Positions 10,674 through 21,351 of a stretch of DNA of 62,603 nt are shown piece by piece. The translations under genes were made by a program, and so were the position numbers. Source of the DNA: an uncultured Lentisphaerota bacterium (GTDB taxonomy: Bacteria; Verrucomicrobiota; Lentisphaeria; Victivallales; GWF2-50-93); assembly GCA_903872565.1 (NCBI GenBank), contig CAIQLG010000189.1, positions 1 to 62,603 of the forward strand, given 5' to 3'. The stretch's first letter is position 1; each line of letters opens with the position of its first letter. The notes beneath the pieces were generated by a model, which saw nothing but the letters and a program-made list of their open reading frames with translations, had not been told where the DNA came from and did not search any database.

Positions 10674-13600
10674 AATTCGCCTTTAAATAATTTAAGGTTT
10701 TCGTCAAGGTTAAGCGTTTCTTGTATATTGTCTGATGTTGGTGCACTTTTTTTCATTTTTGATTTTGCTGTGGGCTTTTTGCTGTGGAGTCCCTGGGCGA
10801 CTTCTTCGGCGTGGATTTTGTGGTTCAGGAGGAGGAGGCGTTTCAGGACTTCCTTTCGAGCTTCAGGATGGATGGTGTAGCGGACACGGTCGCTCTCTGG
10901 GAGGTATTCAACCTCGTAGAAGTCGTGGCGGAGGGCGATGGCCGGACCTGCTTCACTTGGCTGATGCCAGCCGTAAGCTTCGAGGACTGCTTCATCCATC
11001 TGCTTGTGGAGTTCACGAAGCTTGAGGATGTCTGCCACTGCGTCATTGAAAGGACAGGTTCCGCTTGTCTTGTTCAGGTGGTTCCAGAGGTTGTAGTTCT
11101 CCTTGCCGTATTTCTTCTGGAATTCATTTGGTGTGAGATTCGCGAGGTTCGCAAGTTCGTCGTCTGTGAATTTGCGGAGTTCGCGGTTGTGGAACTGATT
11201 ATAGGTCTTCGTCAAACCCAGTTGAATCTTCTGCATCAGCTGATGCCGGGATTCGTGGTATTTCTCGCCTATCTTTTCAAACTTTGACTCAGATTCTATA
11301 GAAATAGATTTGGGAAATGGGAAGGTTTCAAAAACATCTGACGGCGTATACCTGATATCAGACTTTAATGCTGATGCATATTTATAAACCCATTCTTTGT
11401 GAATTGTATTTTGTAAAATTGAAAGGTGAAAATTATCATCGTAGGCTAATACGATGCACATCATAGAGATAACCTGATTGCTTGGAACAAATACAAACGC
11501 AACAGTTTTGCTGACTTGCGCGATAACTAATACTCTACCCAAATGCCCGATTGTGCTATAGAGTTCTCCGCGCATTCTCAAGAACCGCCACCAAAACTCT
11601 TTCCCCCCTTTGTCGTTTTGTTCCATTCTCTCTGGTTTTACAAGTCTTTCGACAATTTCAAAACACTCTGGATAATATTTTCGGCAATAGTCTTCGTCCC
11701 AGTCAAAGAAGTTTATGACCCATCTTGAAGGGGATTGTTCGATGTTGTTATTCAAATCATCTCCATTTAGATATGGAAATAGAACATCTTTGTTTTTATG
11801 GTTTTTATTGATCAGTTCTTGAGCGTTATCAGGCGTTAAAATAAAACCTGACCCAAGGACAATAGAACCTTGGAAGCTTTTATTTTCGTTTTGCTTGAGC
11901 TTGTATGGGTCTCCAAGGCATTCCGCATCATCAAGATAAGCGGTGATTTGGTTCACCTTCTTATTGTCAAGGATAAATTTTTCAGTCCATTTGCCTTTAT
12001 GGATTGCAATTAAGGATACGACCACCGCAGCTAAGCCGGGCCATTTCATAGAACGAATTGCAAAGTTAATAGTTCCGCCTTTTTCATTTATAACGGCCAA
12101 CCCCCCGCTTCGAGCATCGCCTTGAGCTATTGTGTTTGTGGAAATAAGTGCTTGAAATCCCTTGTCTTTAATGATCGTGAATATTCTTCTAAAGAAATAT
12201 GTAACTAAATCCACACTCCCAATTGGGGAATATTGAAACTGAATATATTCACAAAAATTATTTCCATAGGTTCCGCTGAGTTTTTGCCCTCCAAGAAATG
12301 GTGGATTACCGAGTATACAGTCGAATCCGCCTTTGTTCATTATTTCGGGAAATTCGAGGAACCAGTGGAAGAACCGTTTATCAATGGCGGTCGCCATAGC
12401 TTTCGCGACGGACTGTCCCTGTAGAGCCTTTTCTCCACGAAGGAACTGCCAATATTCCTGTTCCGTAATAATCTTATGGTTATTATCCTCGGTTTTCGGG
12501 ATAAAGAACTGTGCAACTTGGATATCGGCACAGATGCGGATATCCCTGAGTTCATGGCTGTCCTGAAGGTTTTTATATGCTTTCTGTTTTGCAGATATTT
12601 CCTCGGGAGTATGTTCCGGCATCTTGACGACTTCATCGAGCTTTGCAATGACGGCATTGAGATCTTTCCCGACCGATTGTTCGAAATTGAAGGCCATCTG
12701 GCCGCGGGTCTTGACCTCCTGCTTGTTCCGATTCCGTAGAGATGTGGCAATTTCCTTGTCGTCGCCAGGCAGAGTTGAAAACGCCTCTGTTGGGATTCCG
12801 CACTCAAGCTCCTCCTTGTGGGACAGACCGACGATAGCGTTTCCACATTTGATATGGTAGTCGAGAAAGTTGAGTGGTTCGCCTGGATTATGGGCTTCGA
12901 GCCAGAGTGCAACCTTGCAGAGTTCGACGGCAAGAGGATTGATATCAACTCCGTAGATGCAGTTGCGGATAGTATCACGGACTGCTACGCGGAAGGCGGA
13001 CGGACTGGGCTGATCTTCGCCGGTGCGTACTACTGCCAACTCGGTTGCAATGCGCCGTGCGGCGTTGAGCAAGATATGGCCGGAACCGCAGGCGACATCG
13101 CAGACACGGATTGAGAGGAGTGCCTTCTCTTTTTCCTTTTCCTTGAGCTTTTCCTCGATGATGTAGTCAAGGGAATGCTTAATTAGGGGCTGAACAAGTT
13201 CATCCGGTGTGTAGTGGGAACCGGTGGCCGAGCGTTCATCCCCGGTAACGAACGAGAAGTCAAGACGGCCGTTGATGTCGCTGATTTGAGGATTGTATTC
13301 GAGGAGTCCTTCATAAACTGATCCGAATTCCTCCACATTAAGGGCTCCGTAATTAACTCGGATGCGCTGATGTGTGTCTGGATTCTCGAAGGTGGAAAGA
13401 CTGTTCAGACAGGCAAGAAGAGTCTGATTGTCGAGAGAAGCGTTTCCAAGACTGCCGATTGCATCGGAACTGAAAAGGTCACCTGCCAGAGGGGATACAC
13501 CAAGCTTTGAACCCAAGCCGCCAGCTTCGAATAGAACAAGAGTTGACTTGAGGCTTGCCCAGGCATCCTGATGGCGCTTGTCGGCCAGATGCCTGCGTTC

Positions 13601-14584
13601 CGCCAGTTTGCGCAAGCGGAGGACACTGTAATATTTATAGTAGATCTCTCTCTTGCTGCGAGGGGTACCTTTCGGGAATATCAGGTCCCGCTCCTCTATG
13701 ACCATCAGGAACAGGAGCCTGTATATCAGACGTAAGTGCCACAGGTAGAAGTCCTTTGGGAGAATGGATCCGGATGTTATGGAATCCCTAAGCTGTTGAT
13801 TGTCGGGATGGTTTAGGAATCCATTCGAGAGGGAAAGTATGGCGTTTTTGACGGCTTTGCTAAGTCCGTCGCGTATTCTGGTTCCGGATTCGAGTGAATC
13901 CTGGTGATAGTGTTCAATGATGCTTTCTGCCGCAGAATCCAGCCTGGCAGGTGTCCGGGTGGCGTGGAGGAGGCGATAGAGGACGGCAAAATCCGCATAT
14001 AAGTTTTCTTGGAAAATCCGTTCGAGATCAAATTCGAGGAAGGATAGTTTTACCAAACGGCTGCTGTCGCGAAGTAGCCTAATCTGTTGGCCGTTGGTGA
14101 CGATGCCGTAAAGGTGCTCGGTGAGATTCAGGTATTCCTGCATGAGGGCGTGCGGTGACATACGAGGACCGCTGTCCTCTCGCTTCTTGTCAAGGCTGTC
14201 GCGGTATCCCATTATATGGACTGGAAATCCATCACGTGCCGTGATGCGATGGCTGATTGGATAATTCTTCTCGTTGACTATCTCTCCGCGCTCTGCCCTT
14301 TCAATCTGATATCCAAGCATTGTCAGTAATGGGACAACCCAGAGGCTGCGTGTTTCAGAAGTGGCAGAAGAGCTTTCTTTGAGGGTTGAAAGTTTCCGGT
14401 TGAATATCCGCCACTGGTCCTGGGCGTCGGCCCATGCCCGAGCGATCTCGTCCTTGACCTTTGTGTCACCGGGCAGGCCGAAGTCTGCGGGTTTCTGTCC
14501 CCGTATTTCGGATGTTTCCAGCTTCTCGATTATGTCGGCGGCTATGATGTTGCCTTCTATACGCATGGAGGGGAAGTTGTTCAT
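10670..14584 (-). CDS. Type IIG/Eco57I-like N6-adenine DNA methyltransferase (DrmMI-like)
   Basis: GSHYTP, DVACGSGH (SAM binding), GNPPF (catalytic), followed by a TRD-like C-terminal region. Confidence 0.9.
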   Translation of the reverse strand: MNNFPSMRIEGNIIAADIIEKLETSEIRGQKPADFGLPGDTKVKDEIARAWADAQDQWRIFNRKLSTLKESSSATSETRSLWVVPLLTMLGYQIERAERGEIVNEKNYPISHRITARDGFPVHIMGYRDSLDKKREDSGPRMSPHALMQEYLNLTEHLYGIVTNGQQIRLLRDSSRLVKLSFLEFDLERIFQENLYADFAVLYRLLHATRTPARLDSAAESIIEHYHQDSLESGTRIRDGLSKAVKNAILSLSNGFLNHPDNQQLRDSITSGSILPKDFYLWHLRLIYRLLFLMVIEERDLIFPKGTPRSKREIYYKYYSVLRLRKLAERRHLADKRHQDAWASLKSTLVLFEAGGLGSKLGVSPLAGDLFSSDAIGSLGNASLDNQTLLACLNSLSTFENPDTHQRIRVNYGALNVEEFGSVYEGLLEYNPQISDINGRLDFSFVTGDERSATGSHYTPDELVQPLIKHSLDYIIEEKLKEKEKEKALLSIRVCDVACGSGHILLNAARRIATELAVVRTGEDQPSPSAFRVAVRDTIRNCIYGVDINPLAVELCKVALWLEAHNPGEPLNFLDYHIKCGNAIVGLSHKEELECGIPTEAFSTLPGDDKEIATSLRNRNKQEVKTRGQMAFNFEQSVGKDLNAVIAKLDEVVKMPEHTPEEISAKQKAYKNLQDSHELRDIRICADIQVAQFFIPKTEDNNHKIITEQEYWQFLRGEKALQGQSVAKAMATAIDKRFFHWFLEFPEIMNKGGFDCILGNPPFLGGQKLSGTYGNNFCEYIQFQYSPIGSVDLVTYFFRRIFTIIKDKGFQALISTNTIAQGDARSGGLAVINEKGGTINFAIRSMKWPGLAAVVVSLIAIHKGKWTEKFILDNKKVNQITAYLDDAECLGDPYKLKQNENKSFQGSIVLGSGFILTPDNAQELINKNHKNKDVLFPYLNGDDLNNNIEQSPSRWVINFFDWDEDYCRKYYPECFEIVERLVKPERMEQNDKGGKEFWWRFLRMRGELYSTIGHLGRVLVIAQVSKTVAFVFVPSNQVISMMCIVLAYDDNFHLSILQNTIHKEWVYKYASALKSDIRYTPSDVFETFPFPKSISIESESKFEKIGEKYHESRHQLMQKIQLGLTKTYNQFHNRELRKFTDDELANLANLTPNEFQKKYGKENYNLWNHLNKTSGTCPFNDAVADILKLRELHKQMDEAVLEAYGWHQPSEAGPAIALRHDFYEVEYLPESDRVRYTIHPEARKEVLKRLLLLNHKIHAEEVAQGLHSKKPTAKSKMKKSAPTSDNIQETLNLDENLKLFKGEL

Positions 14585-14641
14585 CTTTTAGCCTCCGTGA
14601 TATTGATAAAGAAAATTTGTGGTATTCTTTGGCGTTTCATG

Positions 14642-17600
14642 CTATTCCTCGTACTCCTCTTCCAAGTCACCGACTTGCTTGTCGGCCGTTTCATTGTCGG
14701 GCATGATGGAATCCGCCTCGATTACTTTTTTAAGGTCTTCCCTATGCTTGGTGGTAAAGTATATTTTTTCGTCCTTGCCTGCCAAGACGATTTCAAGATG
14801 CTTATCGTCAAGAGATAGAAATAGCTCTTTAATCATGTCTTTTGTATCGTTCACGTGTTTGAACATTGCGGCGCATAGGGGGCATAGAGCGATGTAATTC
14901 TGTCTGTGCCTGTTCTTGAGCTCGGGAAGAAATTCGACAGCCTCGAAATAGTATGATCCGTCTTTGAGTTTGAAAGGGAGCTCCTCTTGGCATATCTGGC
15001 AAATCATGATGCCATCTGGGTTGGTGTATTGGCTTTTCAATTCTGGGATTGCCGACTTTTTAATTTCATCCCTATATTTTGAAACAGAGCGAACTCTTTC
15101 CTCGGTGGTGCGGTCGGGGGCGTTCAAGGCTTCCGAAAGTATTTTCATGGATCTGCGCTCAGGATTTGCAGATTCGTCCTCGGGCAGTTCTACTGGAGGT
15201 CTGTTTATCTCATCAAAAATGGACTTTATCTTTTCTATTGGGTGCGATTTAAGCAGTTCCTTGAAAAGCTCCACCGTTTCCACATCATCTGTTCCGAGCA
15301 AGTCCTTAATGACAAGTTTTCTTTTCTGATACTCTTCAGATTTCTTCCTGGCATTATCTCCAAACCCAACGGCCTTTAGCCATTGCTGTCCGGAATCGTA
15401 TGGGAATCCGGGGGGCAATAATTCCTGGATGGCATCAGCGGGACTTACAAATGAACCGTCTTTCTGGGGTATCCATTTAGCTTTTTTGAGGGTTATGATC
15501 AAGCTTGAATCATTCTCTACTATAGGGTATGATTTGTTTGGTCTAAATTTTGCATTGAGTATCCTTGGTTCAGACCCTGACATTCTTTTCCAAATAAGTT
15601 TTGATAGAGGCAGAGTTGAATGTATTAATAATGTTTTTAGTTCTGGGATGTCCCAATCTTCAGCGATTTTAGAATTTGTCCATCTTTTCCAGTAATCTGT
15701 TGGTTTCCATTTCAAGATGTGATGATTTATGTGTTGCTTCTTTAGAGGCAATTTATCTATAACTTCTACTTTTTTCGCAAAGTCGAGTAGTCCGGGAATG
15801 GGCTTGTCATCCTTGAAATATTTTTCTGACAAGGGCATGCAGTCTGTTTTATCTCTAAGAGCTTTGTAATATGCGGAAAGTCCAGTATCACAGAAAGGTT
15901 TGTCAAGATAGATTTTGCTAGGTGGCTGGAGTCTGCCATTTTCGCCGACCAGGATATTGTATTCTGAAAAAAACTCCTTGTGTGTATACGGTGGTTTTTC
16001 TGAGAATGTCTTAAAAAGTTTCAAATCTCGGAAGTGCTCGTTCCAATTTGAGATCTCGTGTTCTTCTGAATAGCGTTGTTCCAAAATAGCTTTAATGCGT
16101 TCTTGTTCTCCGACTTCCTTGACGCCAACACGTTCTAGGAATCTTTTTGCATCGTCCTTTTCTTTTTTATTCTTGCCGGATGTGTAAATTTCTTTCGCGA
16201 CAATGTCAAAGTCGCCATCACTCCCATCTTCAGAAGGGAAATAGCAATTAGATCCGGCAGTATATTTACCGTTCTTGAGACGTACTATTTGAGAATCGCG
16301 TAGACATTCCAATCGGTCATCGTCGGCATTTTCAATTAAGAATGCGTATAACTGTTGGAGCCATTCATTTTTTTTGTCACTAAGCCAACTCTTCACCTTC
16401 TCTTTGATGAACTGATTGCAAAATAGTATAGCGAATTCATCTTCTTCTATCTCCAAGATATCAAGGCTTTTCAGGAATCGGTCGGCATCGGAGTTTCTTT
16501 GTGGTGCGGATTCAACCCAGTCAGTTTCTTTTCTAAAAATGGAATCAATAGAGTAAAGTGCTTCCAAATCTTTCTTTGTGAGCAACGCCTTCAATGAGGC
16601 TTTGGCTTCGCATAGGATTTCAGCAGGCGCATGAGTTTGTCCTTTACCTTTATAAGTAGGAGTTAACGCCTGCTTATTCATCTCTTCGAGTATTGCATTC
16701 CGAATCGGTTTGTATCTTTCGTGTATCGTATCAGAATTATTAGGAAGAACCCCGATAAACTCGGTGTTCAGCAATCCGAGCTCTTTAATTTTGTGGAGGG
16801 AAGATGCCGCCAGTTCTGATATTTGCTTGAATAGAGGGGCATTGGTCGGAGTATCTTTTACGCTTGCCCTACTCAGCTCAGGAACAAAGGGCGCGTGGAT
16901 ATGGAAACGGAGTCCGGATGATTCCTTTTCTGCCGGGAAATAGACGGCTACTTTTCCAGGGAGAGCCGGGACAATTTTTCTTTTTTTCTTTGATGTTTTA
17001 TTGCTGTTTGGCTGTTCTTCATCCGAGAGTTCAAGATCGAACGCTATTGAAACATGCTGTTTCGGCAGTTCCGAAACTGCTTGAGAGAAGCGGAGATAGT
17101 GGAAGCTTTTGGTTTGAGTTCCTTGTTCATGCTTTAAAATTTCGATGTGATGTTCCTCGTGCGATATTCGTATTATGTCGCCGACGATTTCTCCATTGAT
17201 GTCCCAATGGACTGCTTCAATATTTTTGAGGAAAAGGAGAGTGGTTTCCGCAAGGTCTTCAAGTCCAGACTTTATTTCAGCATAAGCGTCAGTTTTTTGC
17301 TTTTTAGGGCTGTTGAATGGGAATTCAAATCGGGTTTTGTTGCAAATATCATCTTTCGGCTCTATTTGAGACGGCAGAACCATGTTTGACAACTTGAAAG
17401 AGAATGTGGAGCACCATATATGAGGGTTTTCGGTGTAAGCAAATACAGACTTGAATCCGATGCCAAATCGCCCGATTTTATCCTCCTGCGCTTTTTTAGC
17501 TCCTTTGCCGATATTTGTAATGGCTTCTATATCCTGCTCTAAAAAGGGCTTTCCGTCGTGGATAAAGATCAGGCGGGCTTCCTCTAGTTTGAAACTGGCT

Positions 17601-17770
17601 TCAGTTGCACCAGCGTCTTCTGCGTTTTGAAGGAGTTCATAAATGAAATGCGCCTTGTCGGGATAGAGTTCTTCGACAATTTCTCGTATTCCGGAATAGT
17701 CATCATCGGAGAGGATATCTGCAAGTTTTTTTCTTCTGTTGTAAAGTTCTTCCAGAAAAACCATGATCAA
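14642..17770 (-). CDS. Sacsin/Nov-like GHKL ATPase with C-terminal HNH-like Zn finger
   Basis: ELLQNAEDA, HDG and IGRFGIGFKSVF. C-terminal CQIC...NYIALCPLC. Confidence 0.8.
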   Translation of the reverse strand: MIMVFLEELYNRRKKLADILSDDDYSGIREIVEELYPDKAHFIYELLQNAEDAGATEASFKLEEARLIFIHDGKPFLEQDIEAITNIGKGAKKAQEDKIGRFGIGFKSVFAYTENPHIWCSTFSFKLSNMVLPSQIEPKDDICNKTRFEFPFNSPKKQKTDAYAEIKSGLEDLAETTLLFLKNIEAVHWDINGEIVGDIIRISHEEHHIEILKHEQGTQTKSFHYLRFSQAVSELPKQHVSIAFDLELSDEEQPNSNKTSKKKRKIVPALPGKVAVYFPAEKESSGLRFHIHAPFVPELSRASVKDTPTNAPLFKQISELAASSLHKIKELGLLNTEFIGVLPNNSDTIHERYKPIRNAILEEMNKQALTPTYKGKGQTHAPAEILCEAKASLKALLTKKDLEALYSIDSIFRKETDWVESAPQRNSDADRFLKSLDILEIEEDEFAILFCNQFIKEKVKSWLSDKKNEWLQQLYAFLIENADDDRLECLRDSQIVRLKNGKYTAGSNCYFPSEDGSDGDFDIVAKEIYTSGKNKKEKDDAKRFLERVGVKEVGEQERIKAILEQRYSEEHEISNWNEHFRDLKLFKTFSEKPPYTHKEFFSEYNILVGENGRLQPPSKIYLDKPFCDTGLSAYYKALRDKTDCMPLSEKYFKDDKPIPGLLDFAKKVEVIDKLPLKKQHINHHILKWKPTDYWKRWTNSKIAEDWDIPELKTLLIHSTLPLSKLIWKRMSGSEPRILNAKFRPNKSYPIVENDSSLIITLKKAKWIPQKDGSFVSPADAIQELLPPGFPYDSGQQWLKAVGFGDNARKKSEEYQKRKLVIKDLLGTDDVETVELFKELLKSHPIEKIKSIFDEINRPPVELPEDESANPERRSMKILSEALNAPDRTTEERVRSVSKYRDEIKKSAIPELKSQYTNPDGIMICQICQEELPFKLKDGSYYFEAVEFLPELKNRHRQNYIALCPLCAAMFKHVNDTKDMIKELFLSLDDKHLEIVLAGKDEKIYFTTKHREDLKKVIEADSIMPDNETADKQVGDLEEEYEE

Positions 17771-20700
17771 GCCTCTCTACGTATTAGAATTGTTCCAAAG
17801 ACCAACGGTTCGGCGAATATGTCTGATTTCCCGGCAGTTTTCTCCAGTTCATCCATTTGTAGTTTGTATTCGGCGTTTGCACGCGCAAGCTCCGATTCTT
17901 TCATAAGTCTAATTTTGTCATTAGTGCTGTTTCCGATTTGATCGCAGAGTAATTTGACCCTGGCATTATGGCTTATGGACAGGCTGTGTCTGCGGTGTTC
18001 AACAAGCTGGGAATTATCATTAATATGGTTCGCCAGGGCTTCAGTCCATTTGCGATGATGACGGATATCCAGCTCGTTTTTGAACCGTGACACATCTTGT
18101 GCCGTATCGCAGGCATCATCGGCTTCTTTAACAAGGTCAAGGAGGGAACTCTCAATCTCTGGGGACAATGCAATCGGCAGAATGGTGTGATCCTGCTTGA
18201 GCCCATGCTTGCACCAGCGATAAATAGCAAAAGTGTGAAGTCCTTCAGGAAGTGAAGAACTGTGCAAAGACAGGCTAGTAAATACAGCTTTTTTAATTTC
18301 AAGAAATTTTGCCGCCTGCCTGACAAGGGGATGGAGGAGAGACAGGTGGACCAAGTTAGGATTTTCTGTCGCGCTCTCCTGATCGAAAGTCACACTAAGA
18401 TTTGGCTGATTGCCCTTGAGCCATTTTTCCCATGCGCGAGATGCGCTGTCATCTTTTAATCCACCTAGGCCTTTGTAATCCCGCATAAGGGAATCTCTTC
18501 CTTCCTGGGCAAGTCTTAGGTTCGCTATTTTCTTGTCGGGGGGGTGCGTTTCGATACAAATCCCTAATTTTGCTGAGAGATAGGAATTTACGCATGATTG
18601 TATAGCCGAAGGAGAAAGCCAGAATGACTCGGCGTCTTCGATGTCTTTCTGCCAGGACTGCTTTGGGATATTGAGCCCAAAAAGCTCGGACTGTTTAGAT
18701 TCAAGCTCCCGCTCTTCCCTTATTCTACGGATATTATTGTCGGAAAGTTGTTGCAGTCTTTCCTTTTTCTCTTCAGGTGAAAGCCTGAAATTCTCCGCTA
18801 TATCGTGTATTTCGCGTGTTATGTCTCCGAGTATTTCTTCGCTGGCGCCTATAGTGTGCTGAAATACGCCGATTCTCCACAGGCACCGCTCATATATGTC
18901 GGCGTCGACCGTTCCAGGGGTGATCATGTTAACGATGGCGACGGTTTCATTTTTTTGGCCATACCGGTCTATGCGCCCGATTCTCTGCTCTATGCGCATG
19001 GGGTTCCATGGGATGTCGTAGTTGACAAGAAAATCACAGAACTGAAAGTCAAGTCCCTCGCAACCCACTTCCGATGATAGAAGCACGTCAATAGCGTCCG
19101 TATCCTCTTTAGGGAGGGCAAAACATCTGCGAATATCGCTTCTCTCCTCTTCAGGTATATCTCCGTGAACGAGTCCGACGCGCAGGCTTGTTTCATTCAG
19201 GCCTTTTGAAATATGCGCCAGGGTGTGTCGGAATGTGCTGAATAATATTGACTTATTGTTTGGAAGAAGACTTTTTTCTGCCAGTATCCTTTTCAGTCTC
19301 TCCAATTTCGGGTCGTAAGGGTCTAGAGATTTGGCCGCTAATAGCAAATTCTCGACGCCGTACTTTATTTCACTCAATGCGCCTTGGTCAATGTCAATTT
19401 CATCGTCGCCAGCCTCCATATATTCTATTTGATCGAGTTTTCCTCGGAGAATGTCTCCAAGGAGAGGCGCAAGTCCATGAAGAGAGCTCGCTGCCTGACG
19501 CCGTATTGTTGTCATCATGAATTTCACACAGCGACTGCCATGTGAAAGTTCAAGAATCTCTGAGATTATATCCATGAGGCTGTCGTGAAGCACCCTTTGG
19601 CTTGGCGTGAAGTCAATCGTAACAGTTTCAGGACGGCGGGTAGTGAAGTCTCCGATGTCACGGCGGCGGGTTCTGTTTATAATTGGGCTGAATGTGTAAA
19701 GGTCCTCTATGGAATGAATGATTTCAATTCTATCGTCATCACTCAATCCATTTTCCTGCAGGCGGTCATAGACTTTCTGGAATTTAGGTGATTCCCGAAG
19801 AAATGCTTTGCCCCAATCGGTGCGTGCGGCTGACGAGAGGTGTTCAAGCGCTTTTCTTGCCCATTCCGGTTCTGCGGAGCGACATTTCAGCACTGATTTG
19901 TTGATTGAAATGTTGGGTTCTGCCATCTGCTCGAAGCTGGCACGGTCTATAATCAAATCAGGGCGTAATACATTAAGTAAAACGAAAAGATCATCGCTGG
20001 CAAGCTGCACTGGTGTCGCTGTTAGAAAAACGACGGCTTGAGCATTCTCGCAAAGAAGTCGAACACCCTGATGAAGGTAGGTTGAAGGATTCCTGATATG
20101 ATGTGCTTCGTCAAGTATTACGAGATCGAATTTGGGCGGGCTTTCCAGGTCAATAAGGCCGGGTTGCCTGATTCTGCCCTTCTCATTCCCGTAAATAAAA
20201 TCAGAGTCGAAGAGAGAGAAGGGAATGATTGTTTTGTCATATTTTCGAGGCCATTCGCCATCAAGGTGGGTTTCTTTCATGCAATGCCTGAGGGCAGGTC
20301 CATCGAGGGCGATAAATTGCTCGTCAAAACGCTTCATTTCAAGAAACCATTTGCGTTCTGCAACAAGAGGCTTGGGGCATATGACAAGGATTGACGACAA
20401 ATCCATTCTGGCTCTGAGTTCCTTTATGACCAGGCCGGCTTCTATGGTTTTCCCAACACCCACTTCATCAGCAATAAGCAGTCGTGGGCGGTCTGCGCGG
20501 ATAAGTTTGATTACAGGGCGATACTGGTATGGGACAAAATGGATTCTGCCGGAGCGGAGGGAAAAGAGATTCGCATTTGATGGAGACAGTATGTTGACGC
20601 TCGTGAGTTTTGAACGCAGTTCGGCGGCAGAGATTTGATCGAGATTGTCGCTAGGCTGTTCCCCTTTTTGAAGTTGGCTTTGGTAATATGTAGCAATTCC

Positions 20701-21351
20701 GTTGTTGTGAAACACGTTGTAGCGGCATTCTGCTCCTCCCGGGATAATCTTGATGACCGGCATCAATATGTTTGGATTGGAACGAACCGCAACGATGTCT
20801 CCTATCGTGAACATGGGGACAACATCGCGGTTGGATGAATTATCAGCAATAACGGTGTGCTTGTTCTCCTGCAATTCATCATCGTCAGTTTGAGCATTGC
20901 AAGGTGAACAAAGATTTACAGTCATGGCGGAAACAGACTTCGCCTTGGTTTCTGCAATGGTTTCAAGAAGTGAGTGGGCTGCCCCGATTGCGCGCATTAG
21001 ACGATCAAGCGTATCCGCATCTCTGTAGATATCTTCGATGGGAATTGAATCTCCAGAAACATGTGCCCACTTGTTGCGAACGACTTGCAGTTCCTTAACC
21101 CAGCTTCTGCCTTCCCGTGGAAGCATTACATGATTTGACAAGTCATTCCAATTCTGGTCTAGAACACGTATAAGCGCCGCAAAATCAAGTTGTTTCAGTG
21201 TTTTTATGTTTTTTTCTGATGCATAACGCTGCTGCTGAAAACTGAGGCGATCCAGGACTAGTTTCTGCCACCACTCTGGTGAGATGGAGGACAGATTCCG
21301 TCCTAGAAAAGATTCAAGTTCTCTCGCAGCCAGATTAATTAATTCATTCAT
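17767..21351 (-). CDS. SNF2/RapA-like helicase with N-terminal Swt1-like HEPN domain
   Basis: N-terminal RNKWAH (R-x4-H). LIADEVGVGKT, LDEAHH, EGLDFQ and WNPMRIEQRIGRIDRYGQ. Confidence 0.85.
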   Translation of the reverse strand: MNELINLAARELESFLGRNLSSISPEWWQKLVLDRLSFQQQRYASEKNIKTLKQLDFAALIRVLDQNWNDLSNHVMLPREGRSWVKELQVVRNKWAHVSGDSIPIEDIYRDADTLDRLMRAIGAAHSLLETIAETKAKSVSAMTVNLCSPCNAQTDDDELQENKHTVIADNSSNRDVVPMFTIGDIVAVRSNPNILMPVIKIIPGGAECRYNVFHNNGIATYYQSQLQKGEQPSDNLDQISAAELRSKLTSVNILSPSNANLFSLRSGRIHFVPYQYRPVIKLIRADRPRLLIADEVGVGKTIEAGLVIKELRARMDLSSILVICPKPLVAERKWFLEMKRFDEQFIALDGPALRHCMKETHLDGEWPRKYDKTIIPFSLFDSDFIYGNEKGRIRQPGLIDLESPPKFDLVILDEAHHIRNPSTYLHQGVRLLCENAQAVVFLTATPVQLASDDLFVLLNVLRPDLIIDRASFEQMAEPNISINKSVLKCRSAEPEWARKALEHLSSAARTDWGKAFLRESPKFQKVYDRLQENGLSDDDRIEIIHSIEDLYTFSPIINRTRRRDIGDFTTRRPETVTIDFTPSQRVLHDSLMDIISEILELSHGSRCVKFMMTTIRRQAASSLHGLAPLLGDILRGKLDQIEYMEAGDDEIDIDQGALSEIKYGVENLLLAAKSLDPYDPKLERLKRILAEKSLLPNNKSILFSTFRHTLAHISKGLNETSLRVGLVHGDIPEEERSDIRRCFALPKEDTDAIDVLLSSEVGCEGLDFQFCDFLVNYDIPWNPMRIEQRIGRIDRYGQKNETVAIVNMITPGTVDADIYERCLWRIGVFQHTIGASEEILGDITREIHDIAENFRLSPEEKKERLQQLSDNNIRRIREERELESKQSELFGLNIPKQSWQKDIEDAESFWLSPSAIQSCVNSYLSAKLGICIETHPPDKKIANLRLAQEGRDSLMRDYKGLGGLKDDSASRAWEKWLKGNQPNLSVTFDQESATENPNLVHLSLLHPLVRQAAKFLEIKKAVFTSLSLHSSSLPEGLHTFAIYRWCKHGLKQDHTILPIALSPEIESSLLDLVKEADDACDTAQDVSRFKNELDIRHHRKWTEALANHINDNSQLVEHRRHSLSISHNARVKLLCDQIGNSTNDKIRLMKESELARANAEYKLQMDELEKTAGKSDIFAEPLVFGTILIRREA

